From Eledone cirrhosa (taxonomy: Eukaryota), in assembly GCA_964016885.1 (NCBI GenBank), contig OZ024740.1, forward strand, positions 255,812,001 through 255,876,000: DNA of 64,000 nt, written 5' to 3'. Position numbers and translations under genes: made by a program. Shown piece by piece: positions 1 to 13,367 of the stretch. Below the pieces are notes generated by a model. That model worked only from the letters and a program-made list of their open reading frames with translations. It was not told where the DNA came from and searched no databases. Position 1 is the stretch's first letter. Each line of letters begins with the position of its first letter.

Positions 1-210
1 GTTTATGTAGAGGTGATGGTAGATTTCCTCAAACACAATGCTTATTAGCAGTTTCCACATTACGGATAGACATGTGATAGGCATATAGTTGGTAACCCTT
101 TATTCGGTCTTTCATTACCAGAACTGTGGTACCTTTTGTCTACCACTCTGGTACCTCACCCGACATCAAGCAGTCATTGAACATGTTTGTCAGTTTCGGG
201 TGGAGGGATG
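1..210 (-). mobile_element. R4/Dong-like non-LTR retrotransposon fragment (N-terminal part of RT)
   Basis: Minus-strand translation LHPKLTNMFNDCLMSGEVPEW*TKGTTVLVMK...NYMPITCLSVMWKLL resembles the RT N-terminus of the element at 55539-56279; contains a stop and a frameshift. Confidence 0.7.
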
Positions 211-224
211 TTATATTATTTTTT

Positions 225-610
225 TTCGTAGTCCTACAGTAGTTATTTTATAATACCTTTCTATTTGCATAAGGCCCCCTTCCCCCGTATGTTCGTGGCA
301 GGTATACTCATTCTACATCTGATTTCCGTGGTGTATTCTAAATGCAGTAATTATTTTTTTTTTGTCTTTCTGTCCACTCCAGTTAGTTCGTTTAGTGTCC
401 AGTTCAGAATATCAAAGCTGTAGCTTACTACTAGGATGCTAAATTGTTGATGCGAATCACCTTATTCTTTGCATTTAGACCAGTTTTAAGTAGTAGTCTA
501 AATTGTCTGTAGTATTCATTTTTAATCTTCTCTTTCATTCTGTTATATGCCCAGTGTCTTCCTGGCACCTAGAGCAAATAAACTCACTGTATACAATGGT
601 AAGCCAAATT
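225..610 (-). mobile_element. R4/Dong-like retrotransposon fragment (post-RT/thumb region)
   Basis: Minus-strand LLLKTGLNAKNKV...YSFDILNWTLNELTGVDRKT...YLPRTYGGRGL matches the FGLLNWSLQELSEMDVRT...RLYFSRKEGGRGL segment at 54821-55186. Confidence 0.7.
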
Positions 611-617
611 GATTATA

Positions 618-657
<40 letters not shown>

Positions 658-980
658 TGCCCCCTCGATATCGCGTATGGCCATTGCACGATATAACATT
701 ATCAATAATTATCAATTAATGCTATCGTGCAATGCATGTGCGAGAAGTTTTTTTTAAGTGAGGAAATACTGTGCACTGAGCCAATCCCACTCTCTGAGCG
801 ACAGTAGCTATAACTCGAAAAGAAGAAAAGATCAACATCATCGGTAACTACTGACCCGCAGGTTTTATGTCGGAGTTATCCCAGTTTCTTGAGTTGCCTT
901 CTCCAAGAAGAATGCCCTGACAAAGGTTAGGGGTTCTTCACTCCCAGTGGTTTAACCACGTGATTGGGTATCCAGCCCGA

Positions 981-1030
<50 letters not shown>

Positions 1031-1031
1031 A

Positions 1032-4000
1032 TTAGCAGAAGTGCCAGGCGTTGCTTGGAGCTTAATTGCTTTAAAGCACTTTTAATGATTCCACTCAATT
1101 ATGAATATCGAGGCATTGAAAGTAAATACAGGTAAGTTTGAAAATATACAACAATAGCATCTACTCACTATATGTCAGACCGGCAAGACTGTAGTGGTGC
1201 TGAATAGAGAAGTCACAACAACTCTCTGTAGACCACATTTTTTGTTCTGCCTTTGGGCGCAAGTATGAATAAGTTCTGCTTGCATCCCACTCTTGAGCAT
1301 GCGACGTATAATTGGCCGTGTGAGAAGCACGACTGGGCTAAATGGAGGCCTGCCGTTGATAGCGTTTGGCCTTGGGACTTGTTGATTGACATCGCGAAGC
1401 AAATTTTAACGGGGAATTAAAGTCGGCGCAGAGTACAGGGTCATTCCGTACCTGATGGAATTAATGGTATTCTGGGTATGAAGACATTTTCTCAGCGCCA
1501 CAGCCCGTGAGAATTGTGGCTTCAATTACATGCGGCAGGAGGTTTCTTACCACTAACCGTGTTCCGTTGCAGAGACGTGGTGGTTCCAGGTTCCTCAACA
1601 GCATCACTGGAGTCCCAACTTTGACGCGCAGTTCATGAGGTGGCAGTCCAGAGAGGTCCAATGAATTGAGGAATTCTGTGGGAAAATCGTCAACCTCATC
1701 TTTGTCCACAACTTTATCCACAGATTTGTAGGTTCGGAGGTTTCCAGGAATGCGTTGCAGAAGGTCCTCATTGATTTTTGCAACAGAGACATTTTTGGGA
1801 GCCAATATGTCTCTATCACATAGCCAACTCGTTTTTTTGTAGTTGATGGCCATATCGGGAAAGACAGAGGCTGTGAGGTCGTCAACAGTGTCGACGACGG
1901 TGCCTACTTGCGAGAATGCCATTTCGCCAGCTGCATCTGAAGGTGCAGTGCCGTCACCAACTGTTAAGAGGTCCTTTGAGAAGTCGGCTGATGAGTGGTC
2001 GCCGCTTTGTTGAAGAATTCGTCGCTGAGTCGTACGTCGGAATGAGGAAGTAACAGTTGTCCTTGGTGTATGTAGTCATCGGAAAGGTCCTCTTTGTATT
2101 TTTCCCATAAGGATACAGGGTCGCTTAACTCGCATGTCTGCAGTAACACCGCAAACAGTTGCCGAAGAGTTCGCGCTGAGCGTATTGTAGCTGTCTCCGC
2201 CATTGTCGCATCCCACTGAGCGCCATCTTCTAGTAGACCCCGTCTAAGGCAGGCTGCGTTGATTGTTTTCAGATCGTCGAAAGATATCGGTCCTACCACC
2301 TCATGCAGTAGAAGGCGGAGATAAAAGCATTCCTGTTGGTTAGGATGAATGGTGTAGACTCTCCCAAGGGTAGGGGACATTTTAATGTCTTGATGTCCAT
2401 CGACGGGTTGTCCTTTCACCCTTCTTAACCAAATTCTGTGGTCTGTGTTCCATGTGTAGTATGATGGCACCTGAGAGTAGAAGAGGGTCTTGGCGAAGGG
2501 ATCGTTTCGCATAACTTAAAAAATCCCGTAAGTGTGGTGTCCTTGGGTTTCTCTGCTATCTCAGCAGCAGTGGAGGCGGTGAAGTAGACTCTTTGACCGT
2601 TTTCAAGGTGCACCGCCAACTGTTTGATTGGGGGGCGGGGGGTAGTTATGGTGTATTGCAAAGTGGAAGAATCGCCAGGACGTTTCCTTACTGCTGATGT
2701 ATTAGCCGACCTGGTATCGAGTTACTTCGTCTCAGCTGTTCTCCATTGTAAGACCGAAGGACGCAGCAACGGAACCCTTATTGATGTACTTGCAGACGTA
2801 CTTTATTGATTTGACGGAGTGGCAGTATTCAACGTTAATGTGGGCGTTAAATATTTTAAGCAGAAGTGGGCAGTAGGGTACAATCCACCGGTTGTCGACG
2901 TGGTGATGTGGTATTTTCGCAACAATTCCTCCGTCCGCTGGCTCCCTGTGGCGGTATAATGGATAACCGTTGCCACCTGTCCGAGTTTCTCGGAGAAATG
3001 GCCTAGGATACCTCTTGGTGCACCTTCTTTCTTTAATGCATGGCGAATTCATGTTGAAACCGTTTCCGCATGGCCCATGAACCATGTGAGCAGTGACGTT
3101 GTGGAGTTCTCTGTCCAATTTTGGGTCGGGTATTTCTGCTGAAATGATGCTGTCAATGCTGCTTGCTCTGATGAATTTCGTTATCAGCCAAATGAGTAGG
3201 TGAGCGTGTGGCAGGCCTCTCTTTTGCCACTCAACGGTGTATACGTAGCACCCAACAGGTTTTAGGAGTTCAATAAGTTTTGTCAATTTCAAGTGGAAGA
3301 CTCGTGCCGTAAAGTCGTGTCTGTCTGACGAAGAATGCACGTCAAATAATAGGTCAAACATGTAAGCCAAGCCCGTCTGAGTTATAGCACAAAAAAGCGT
3401 AAACAGGGGCGATATTTTGGAGCACACTGGAAAATAAATCATCGAAATCGGAGGTTCCTGAAAAAAGTTTTCTCATTATTTTTTGTCTCATATTGCGAAA
3501 AACAGAGAAAAAAATTACAAAAAGGACAACAATAAAATATGTCTTTGTTGAGATTCAAGTAAATGAATGCTTAAGCGTCGTTATGATTACGTTTGTTGTT
3601 TTATAAATTCATCTGTTGTTTTTTAATATTTGTTATTTGATGTAAAATGTAAGTGTGTAAAATGTATCGTTGAGAGAGGAGTATGTATTTAGTGTTATCG
3701 GCTTTTTAAGTTTTGTTATTTGATGTATGAGCGTCGTTATGACTATGTTTGTGGTATAAATGTATGTGTTGCTTAGTTATCAAAGTTTATTTCGCGTTCC
3801 TGAACGAAGAGGGGGAATGATCTATTATAAAGGGAGGGAAAAGCGACGGAGAGAGTAAAGTTAAGAAACCATAAGGAGGTGTGTTAAACCTCGAAGCATG
3901 AAGAGAGTGAAGCAGTTAAATTATAGAGAGGGGAATAATCTATTTTAGAGAGAAGGAAGAGCAGCGGAGAGAGTAAAGCTATGTTTGTTGTATAAATTGA

Positions 4001-4481
4001 TGTGTTGCTTAGTTTTCAAAATTTGTGTCGCGTTCCTTGAAAAGAAGTTTTGTAGCTGTTGTAAATTGTAATGGTAATAGGATAGTAGGTGGAGGCAGTA
4101 ACCTTTTAAAGAGAGTTGCAGAGGAGATTGAGGGGGAGTAGAGGGAGGGATGAACCTTTTAAAGAGAGTTGCAGAGGAGATTGAGAGTGGAGTAGAGGGA
4201 GGAATGAACCTTTTAAAGAGAGTTGCAACATGTATGTAGTTTCATAGATTGTTGATGGTAGTAGACAGAGTGAATAAGCGTGTAAGAAAGAGGGTTACAG
4301 CATGTATTTAGTTTTATTGATTTTTTTCATAGAAGCAGGAAATGTTTGGCAAAGTTTATTACGCATTGACCATCCTTGGTAAATTTGGAGCACATTGGAA
4401 AAAAAATCATCAAAATCGGTAGAGAAATGTGGAAATGCATAAAAATGATGCACACACACAAACAGACATCTTCCGTTTTAT

Positions 4482-4514
<33 letters not shown>

Positions 4515-4516
4515 GA
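1032..4516 (-). mobile_element. Helitron (copy A), internally deleted
   Basis: Minus strand begins TCTATATA... near 4516 and ends with hairpin CCAAGC-AAC-GCCTGG followed by CTAA (CTRR) at 1032; encloses RepHel fragments. Confidence 0.85.
1400..3345 (-). pseudogene. Helitron RepHel (HUH Rep + PIF1-like helicase C-terminus), frameshifted
   Basis: YTVEWQKRGLPHAHLLIW (HUH motif), KYVCKYINKG (YxxKY), LAVHLENGQRVYF, EFLNSLDLSGLPPHEL...LLRNLEPPRLCNGTRL spread over ORFs 2732-3442, 2425-2661, 1964-2512 and 1461-1922; no Walker A motif seen. Confidence 0.9.
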
Positions 4517-4565
4517 GACAGAGATAAAATAACAGGAGGCTGGACTGGTCTAAATCCTTGAAAGG

Positions 4566-4635
4566 TTTATTATACTATGATCATTTCAATGACCGGGTTC
4601 TATATGAATCCGGTGATATCATCAGGTATTCTAAA
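4566..4635 (-). ncRNA. Type I hammerhead ribozyme
   Basis: Minus: atac-CTGATGA-tatcaccggattc(atata)gaacccggtcatt-GAAA-tgatca-TA-gtat; palindromic stem III ATGATCAT. Confidence 0.8.
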
Positions 4636-6420
4636 TATAACAAAGGAATATGTAAAAAACCATGGGTCCGAAAAATCAGAGACAGATAGGACGACTGACC
4701 AAATAGCCGCTTTCACCTCGGCTAGTCGCCCTCAAAGTGATGGCAACTCAGTCTACTAATGACCATCTGGTGAGGGGGGGAGGCTTATAATGCACTACAA
4801 CCTCTCCGTCAAAGAATAAAAAAGGGAAAGAAAGAAAGGAAGAAAGAAGAAAAAAAGAAAGAAGTCAGCATAAGGGTCACACTACAGTCATGCTAGAAAA
4901 CGCCGCGAAAAATGTTATTCCAAAGAATCTATATTTTAACAAAGGCATATATAATGAGTGTCTGTATGGTCTAATGTGTGAACAGAAATTTGGAACGTTA
5001 AATTTAAGTTACGATTTATAGGATGAAATTAAATTAAGAAATAATAAATTGAAAAATAAATTAAAAAAATTAAAAAATTATTAGAAAATTAATCTCGATA
5101 AGATATCAGTGTGGGATGTAGAGTAAAGATTAAAGCCTTCGATTGTGAATCCCAGCCAGAACCTACTAACCACGTGTCAGCCAGTTTCGAGAGGTATCGT
5201 CCAGCGAAAGAAATGGAAATTAATTTTTCCGAATACTCTAGGAACGTAGCTACATTAGGCCCCGGGTGTGCTAGCGGGAAGTCTACAATTTCGACAGGCC
5301 ATCGTCTATATCAAACAAATACTATTAATTCACACATAAGGGGTTTATTTACGTGCCAGTAGAGGCATGATACAGCTAACAGTTATGCCTAAGCCTGGAG
5401 TTTATAGGTATAAGTATAATATGGCGGTCAAAATAGGCAACGCGGCGGGCCCGGGGCAAAGCAACCCGCTCCGAGTAATTTCGTTTACAGAAAGAGGGGA
5501 AATTTATTTTTCCAAGCACTCAAGGAAGGCTGAACTTTCCGAGCGCCCCGCGCGCAGCCGGGAAAAGCCACCACATAAGTCGAAGGTAGCAAACCCAATG
5601 AAAAGTGCAAATAGACTATAATTATTTTAAAGTCCCAGTTAGTCCGGGTTATAAGTAGTGTGGTTCTTTGGTGGGTAGGGGGCTATGAAAGGTGCATAAT
5701 GACCTGAGTAAGGAAAGTTACAAAAAAATAATAAAAGCAGGATACAAAGATAAAATACAAAGATAAAGAATACATTGATAAAAATACATTAATAAATTAA
5801 TAAAAAAATTAATAAAAGTAAATAACTAGGGATGTAGAAAGATGGAAGTATATAAGAACGTATCGGAGGAATCACAGTGTAGGGGAAATACAATATAGAT
5901 CAAGTTGCAGTAAGATAATACAGGTTGTACATATAGATATAGAGGATGGAAGAGATGGAATAGTAACAGGTGGTACCTAGTGTAATGTTCGGGTTTCCGA
6001 ATTCAGTGTGAGTCACAAAAAAGTCCTGAGGTATAGAATAGAGAATTCAGTCAATACAATACATGTTTTAGTATAATACGTAGAATTTTGTCGGAATCCG
6101 AATATTCCCGACAAGGAAGCAGCACCGAGTGGGCGATAGACAAAGCACAGAGCAGCCAAAAGCCGAATGGTAAGTAGATCAGTTAATCCCATGCTGGCGG
6201 TAGCTGTACACTGAAGTCAGTGCCGCTGTTCAATATTACATCTGGAAGTGCTCAACATTATTGGACCATTATTTCTATATATATATATACATATATATAC
6301 ACACACACACACACATTTATATATATATATATATATGTACGTTATTCCGGGTTGAATCGGAGGTAACCACAGTAAGTAAGGTACTCAATACATAGCAGAG
6401 TATAAAAGTTTTAATATATA

Positions 6421-6636
<216 letters not shown>

Positions 6637-6713
6637 CGAAGGAAATGTGGTAAGGAACCAGGTGGACCATAACGCACCAAAGTACTCAATACTTAGGGTA
6701 GTAGAGTGGGTAA

Positions 6714-6818
6714 TAGGAACCAGTAAGACCCCGACGGCTGAGCTCAAGCCGTTTCGACTGCTGAGCTCAAGACGTCGAAACGGCTTGAGCTCAGCCGTCG
6801 GGGTCTTACTGGTTCCTA
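6714..6818. repeat. Perfect palindrome (45-bp arms) built from two 3' halves of a hammerhead
   Basis: 6714-6758 is the reverse complement of 6774-6818; each arm reads gtcGAAACggc-ttgagctca-gccGTC-ggggtc. Confidence 0.85.
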
Positions 6819-7224
6819 CACTTGCATACATGTATATACATATTTACACATTTTTGTATGGCCGTTGACGCTTATGAGTTCTTCCGCCCTTCGTCAGGTT
6901 TCGATTTTTGTCCTACAGGGTGTCCAAAATCACCCTCCTCACTAAGTAAACTTATATATATATATACATACATACACACAAATACTTATAGGTATACATA
7001 CACACACGCACGCATACATATACATACACACGCATATATATGTACACATAATGACAAACACACGCACACTCACACATAGATACATATATACACACACATA
7101 CATATTCAAATATACATACCCACACGCATACATACATATACATACATATAAATGAAAGATATCCATGCACGCACACAGTCACACCCACACACTCATCCAC
7201 ACATACATACATGGAGGGATATAA

Positions 7225-8150
7225 TATATAGTGCTCTTCTCAATACGTGTGCAGTGCTAGTTAAATCAATGTTTACCCCTCTTGCAGAGAGGGTAAACCA
7301 TAAATCATTGGCACATACTGTTGTTTCTTTCTTGATCATTCCCAGTCCTCCTACAATCACTGGTATTGTAACAGCTTTGAGGTGCCACATTGTTTCAATT
7401 TCAATAAGCAGATCTTTATATTTTCTTAGCTTGTTGAATTCTTTTGCCGCGATATTGTGATCACATGGGATTCTCATATCAATCCGTAAACAGACCTTGC
7501 TATGTTGGTCTTTTACAATGATATCTGCTCTATTAGCTTTTATGGTCCTGTCAGTTTGTACAGGAAAGTCCCAAAGAATTGTTACTTTTTCTCCTTCAGT
7601 TACAGCTTCAGGGTGATGATTGTACCACTTGTCAGCAGCTTTGATTTTATAATGCCGATATATTACCCAGTGTATATATTGACCAATTCTCTCATGTCTA
7701 GATTTGTACTCTACTGGTGCTAAAACTTTACATGCAGAAACTAAATGGTCTACTGTTTCAATATCATCATTGCAGAATCGGCACTTTGGATTTACTCCAT
7801 TTCTCATCACATTGGACTGGTCCTTCCGTGTCAAAAAGCTTTGATCTTGTGCAGCCAAGATGAGGCCTTCGCTCTCTGCTTTTAGCCCTGAGCTACATAG
7901 CCACAGATAGGTGTGCTTTTGGTGAACATCAGCTGGTTTGCTACGGACCACATATTTGCCATACAGAGGTTTCTGCTCCCACTTTGATGTTAATTGTTCT
8001 TTCTCCTTTTTTGCCATTAGTTTATTTTGAGTACTATTGTCATTAATTTTATATTCTTAGCAGCATCAGGTACAACAGTATCCGGTGCATCGAGCATGAA
8101 ATCCATAGCATACTTTTTGCTCTCCTTCAAATAGTATGAAGCGTGTTACT
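7225..8150 (-). mobile_element. R4/Dong-like retrotransposon 3' fragment (CCHC knuckle + restriction-like endonuclease)
   Basis: ORF 7193-8017: LILAAQDQS, CRFCNDDIETVDHLVSAC, ILWDFPVQTDRTIKANRADIIV...K..KYKDL, IPVIVGGLG. Confidence 0.85.
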
Positions 8151-8169
8151 TCTCGCAATTATTATCATT

Positions 8170-10930
8170 CAGATCACAAGTTTGTGATCTGCATGGCCGA
8201 CCTAGATAGGACACGTAGGTTAGGACCTGGTTACTGGAAGATGATCATGTTGTTCCCGACACGTACATTTACAAGGATCAAGTCATCGACTTAGTTAAGC
8301 AACATTTGACAGGGGGATCGTCAACAATAGGTGGTGGGGGGCTCTCAAGAGAGAGATTAGTGTAATGTCGATAGGTTTTAGCAACGGAGTTGTTTTAGAG
8401 AAAAATAGAAAGTTGGGGGAGTTGGTAGCTAAATTAGATGAGGCTATTTGTAGTGGCATTGCGACAGATGTGTTAGAGGAGAAAATGGCATTAGACCATT
8501 TCTTCAATGCAAAACACGAAGTTGCATTGTCAGAGCTAAGGCACGTGATCTAAGAAACGAAGGAACCAAAGCTGTTCTATGGGCCCGCGTAGCGGAGGCG
8601 CGGTAACAAAACCACAACTCGGTCTTTGACGGATCGAGACGAACGCGAGCTGAACAATTCCAGGCAGATGTGTGAGCTCTTTCTCCAGCACTTTACTCGG
8701 CTGTTCGGGGTGAGCAGTGGCGGATTTCAATCACCATCTCGACGGCTTACAGCGTCTCTCACCAGGCGATGCTGAGCGCTGCGAAAGGCCGATAACATCA
8801 GCTGAGATGCCCTAGTCGACTGCACGAAGACCAAATCACCCGATTTGGTCTGCCCTACGAGCTTTACATAGACATACCAGACTTATTCTCCGATCTCCTC
8901 GAAGCGCTCTACTTCAACTGGCAACAGAACAGGAGTATTCCCAGCCCTGTGAGCTGGGGCTTGATGACGCTTATAAGTAAACACGATAACAAGAGGGATT
9001 CATTAGACAACATCAGGCCCATAACTCTGCTAAACACAGAGTTTAAGCTTTTGGCCAAGGTGCTAGTGAAGGGATTGGCACTTATAGTCGATGATTTGGT
9101 AGGGGAGGCGCAAATATGCGCAATCCCGACCAGGTCCATACACGACAAACCCCACCTCATACGATATATCATAGTGAGTGTTGGGTGTAAACCTGGCTTC
9201 GCTGGTGCTCTGATCAATTTAAATCAAGCGAAAGCTTTCGATAGGGTCGACCATCGATACCTGGAAGCTGTCCTCAACGCAGCTGGCTTCTGCACAGCAG
9301 CATCTGTTCGGTGGTCAAAGTTAATGGCCACTTTTCGGAACCATTCAGATCAAGTGATCGGTCTGTCAATGATGCCCTCTCTCCTCCCTTCTGTAAGTAT
9401 TGAATCTCGAGCCATTACGGCAGAAGCTGGAGCTGTTGCAGCGCAACCCGCTCGAACCTGGGCTTGGAAGGGCGGTGTCGGCTTATGCGGATTACACCAG
9501 CGTGATAGTGTCGAACATCTCGGAAATAGAGGTGGTCGGCAACTAATTAGAGAAATTTAAAAGTTGAAACGAGCAAAGTTGAACCTGGAAAAGTCAATGG
9601 GTTTGCAGCTCGGTGCCTGAAGAGGCACATTCATGCTGTCTAATAGCGTCGTCGGGCGCTGGATGGACGGTGAAGTTGCTCGGGATCTAGTTCCGTCCAG
9701 ACCTCTAGGTGGATAAAAATTGGGACGAGGTGACGTCGGATGGAGGTGCTGAGCGTGTACATCGCGTCCGTCATCAATTACCGCCTCACTGTCACCTCTT
9801 GTCCCCGTTCGCCTGCTCTTCAACTTTTTGTGGAAGGGACGGTTCCTTCTGATTAGGCTGTCCATCTGCTGCTAACATGATTTACACGGAATCCTGGGCG
9901 TGCCGTGGCTGATGATGCGCAAATATTCCCTGTATGTTGAGCATCATCAGATATTCTTAAACGGTTAGCTCGTCTCTTTAACTGAGCTGCAGTCTTGGGT
10001 CAAGAAGAGACGGTGACTGCATGCCTGGCATCTGGAATGTTGCCAGGTGCTCACAGCCCTATACTAATCAGGCATTGCGGTCAGTGGAAATTTAAACTGG
10101 CGTTCTATAGAGGACTAGTGGTGGGCAAGTGCGACGACGCTCTCGAAGGGATTCTAGTTGTTGACGTGAACGAACTAGCCAGTCAGTTCCGGAGGACTTT
10201 CAAGCCGGGGACTATGGACAATTTCCAGAAATCCCTCGCTTGGCAATGCTACCGGGGAGCACTGCCTGTTCAAGATAAACTCTACAGGCACAGTAGTGCT
10301 GTCAGGTGGAGCTGTCCGTGATGCGGGCGGAACGATGAAACCGTTCTGCACGCACTCACCCAGTGCCCGTATATTGCTGACATGTGGAGTTATGTCAAAC
10401 AGCCGTTATCGTGTGTAGGGAAGATCTGGCTATCGACCAAGTCCATAGTGAAACAAGCCCCACCACTTTGTTATGGCCGGGAAGAGCAGACAGTTTTCGC
10501 CTGTCTGGTAGCTGTAGCAAAAGAGGTTGTGTGGTGGATGCGGCTGAAAGGACTGAAGACAGACACCTTTCTCTTCAGCCAATCCCTCATCACCTTTCTC
10601 AAGTTCTACTTGGAAAGGAAGGGAAGGGTGGAGAGGGAAGTGCTGCTCCCTGTACCTTTGTGAAAAGATGGGTGATCGTTGCGAGGATGGCTCGTGTGAA
10701 TGGGCCTACTCTGACCATACGCCTATAGGCTGAAAGATTAAAGGAGAGAGCAGCACCTTCCTATGGTACTCTTGAGCATGAGTGTCGCTTAAGATTAGTA
10801 GGGTTCATAACATCACTCCTTTGTGGTATCTGCATTTTTTACGTTGTTTATATTCTTTGTTAATTGTTTTTGTTATCATTTTTTACACGATTTCATGTAA
10901 ATATCCACTGTCCCGTCTTTTATTATCATT
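8170..10930 (+). mobile_element. L1/Tx1-clade LINE, 5'-truncated and degenerate
   Basis: SDHK endonuclease end, NIRPITLLNTEFKLLAKVL, NQAKAFDRVDHRYL, C-terminal WQCYRGALPV...CP*CG..DETVLHAL..CP zinc region; many stops and frameshifts. Confidence 0.85.
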
Positions 10931-10933
10931 ATT

Positions 10934-11130
10934 AGGGCGGTGGAGGGACAGTATCGTTAGAGCGTCAGACTTCATGCATAGAATTATGGCCCTTTATGTT
11001 CTGAATTCAAATCCCTTTCATCCTTACGCGGTCGATTAAATAAAGTACCATTGATGCACTGGAGTCGATTTAATCGACTTCCCTCTCCCCCAACATTTCT
11101 GGCCTTGTGCCTAAAGTAGAAACAATTATT
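10934..11130 (+). mobile_element. tRNA-derived SINE (diverged copy)
   Basis: B-box-like gaattcaaatccc, core tttcatccttacgcggtcgat...aaagtacc, tail ggccttgtgcctaaagtagaaacaatt(att)n. Confidence 0.8.
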
Positions 11131-11672
11131 ATTATTATTGTTGTTGTTATCATTTGATCGTTGTAGATTTTGTCAGGCTGAGAAGCATCAGAATTGCTAA
11201 TCTGTCTGCCTTAATCTCTGCTAATGTTATTACTGACGGATTATCTCAAATTTGTAAGAATCAATGTTTCCTTTCGGTTTATTACTAATTTTGAAAAAAA
11301 TATTCCTTCTTTATTTATTTATTGTTTTGCAAGGTGGAAGGGGTGGGTATTTACGTTATAATTTTTTAGATATTTTAAAATATTTTTGTCGTTGATGCCG
11401 CTGTTGTTTTTGTCGTTGTGGTTCCAACTCTTGCCATTTTCGCTGTTTATCTACACCTTCTGTTACACATCTCAGTATCATAGAAAGAGAGGGAGAAAAT
11501 TGAGGGAGGGAGAGTGAGAATGGGAGAGAGAGAATATTAGTGTGTTATTGAGATGTGCAACAAAATGTGTGGATGAACACACACACATACAGATACACAC
11601 ACACGTGTGTGTGTGTGTGTGTGTATACATAGAAAGCATCTATATCTACAAATCTATCTTTTCACCTGAGTA

Positions 11673-11743
<71 letters not shown>

Positions 11744-11816
11744 ATATCTAACTATCTATCAATGTATTTATGTATTTGTCTATATATTTATCCACTTTCT
11801 TTCAAAGTACATTTAT

Positions 11817-11924
<108 letters not shown>

Positions 11925-12454
11925 ACGCGCGCGTATGTGAGTGTTTGTGTATACATGTACATTGTCGCCAATCTGTATATCAATTAATCCAATTTTGTAA
12001 CTATCACTTTCTATCTTTCTATTTGTGTAGCTATGTTTTTCTGAGTGCGTATACGCACACATACAGGCACACGTATATTCACACGCACTCGCAATCACAC
12101 ATCCTATCTCTGTGTCTTTAAGTGCGTATGTCCACACAATTACACATTCACACACACACACACACACCAACAGGCACACACAAAACACAATCACACTCAC
12201 ACATTCATACACAAACATAAATATACGTATACATATTCACCACAAAAACAACAATACTGTTCTTTTTCATAAACCTCTATAATTACATTAGGAATATTAA
12301 ATGGATAATATATAATTAGAAATGTTGATATTACGCATCATATATTTTATATTGTATTCATATTACATTGTTTAATACTATAATACTAACGTTATATTAC
12401 ATTATATTATGTATTATTTCATATATTATATATTATATTACATATGGTATTGTA

Positions 12455-12841
12455 AGGCGGTGGATTGGCAGTATCGGTAGAGGGTCGGATGCCATGCTTT
12501 CCAGCATAGTTATGTCCCTTTACGATCTGAGTTCAAATCCCGCCGAGGTTGACTTTGCCTTTCATCCTTACGGGGTCGATAAAATAAAGTACCAGTAATG
12601 CACTGGATAATTGCTGGCCTTGTGCCTAAAGTAGAAACAATTATTTATTGTATTGAAGGGCGGTGGATTGGCAGTATCGGTAGAGGGTCGGACACAATGC
12701 TTTGACGCATAGAGTTACGGCCCTTGCCATTCTAAGTTCAAATCCCGCCGAGGTTAACTTTGCCTTTCATCCTTACGGGGTCGATAAAATGAAGTACCAG
12801 TAATGCACTGGGTAATTGCTGGCCTTGTGCCAAAAGTAGAT
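12455..12841 (+). mobile_element. Two tandem tRNA-derived SINE copies (12455-12644, 12658-12841)
   Basis: A-box-like tggcagtatcggt, B-box gttcaaatccc, shared core gcctttcatccttacggggtcgataaaat. Confidence 0.9.
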
Positions 12842-13328
12842 ATATTGTATTATATTATATTATATTTTATTATATTATATTACTAGAGTGGTGTAGTTAA
12901 AAGCATTGTGAGTTATGAAGTAAAAGACCGATGATTTTGTTTTTTAAAGACGGTACAATGTGGTAGAAAAATATGAAGGGCCAATGAAAGAAAACGAAAC
13001 AAATTAATGTTTTACCCAGTGTATTTTAGCAGGATATTTCATGGTTATAATCTTTTCAGATTTGAAGCTGAAACAGTCGAAGACAAAACAAAACGAGTGA
13101 TAAATAATAGGTCAGAAATGTACGAGGCAAGATGGTTACTGTAGCGACACCACGCATGCGTTTTGCAAACAGTTAAGGAAGAAAACCCCGATCGCTCGTT
13201 TTGTTTTGTCTTGGTCTATGTATCTATATATATGTGTATGTGTATGCGTATTTGTGTGTCCAAGTGTGTATGTGTATGTGTGATTGTTTGTGTGCGCGCG
13301 TATATGTGTGCATGCGTACTTGAGTGGA

Positions 13329-13367
<39 letters not shown>

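Noticed and set aside
760-985. Structured-looking stretch with a minus-strand CCGATGA
   Set aside because: No GAAA or stem III could be folded; probably a fragment of an unidentified repeat
4075-4230. ~59-bp tandem repeats, and the repeats at 53460-53900, considered as a CRISPR-like array
   Set aside because: No unique spacers, eukaryotic context and no cas genes; they are subterminal minisatellites inside Helitrons
12455-12545. tRNA gene suggested by A- and B-box motifs
   Set aside because: No cloverleaf; it is the head of a multi-copy SINE
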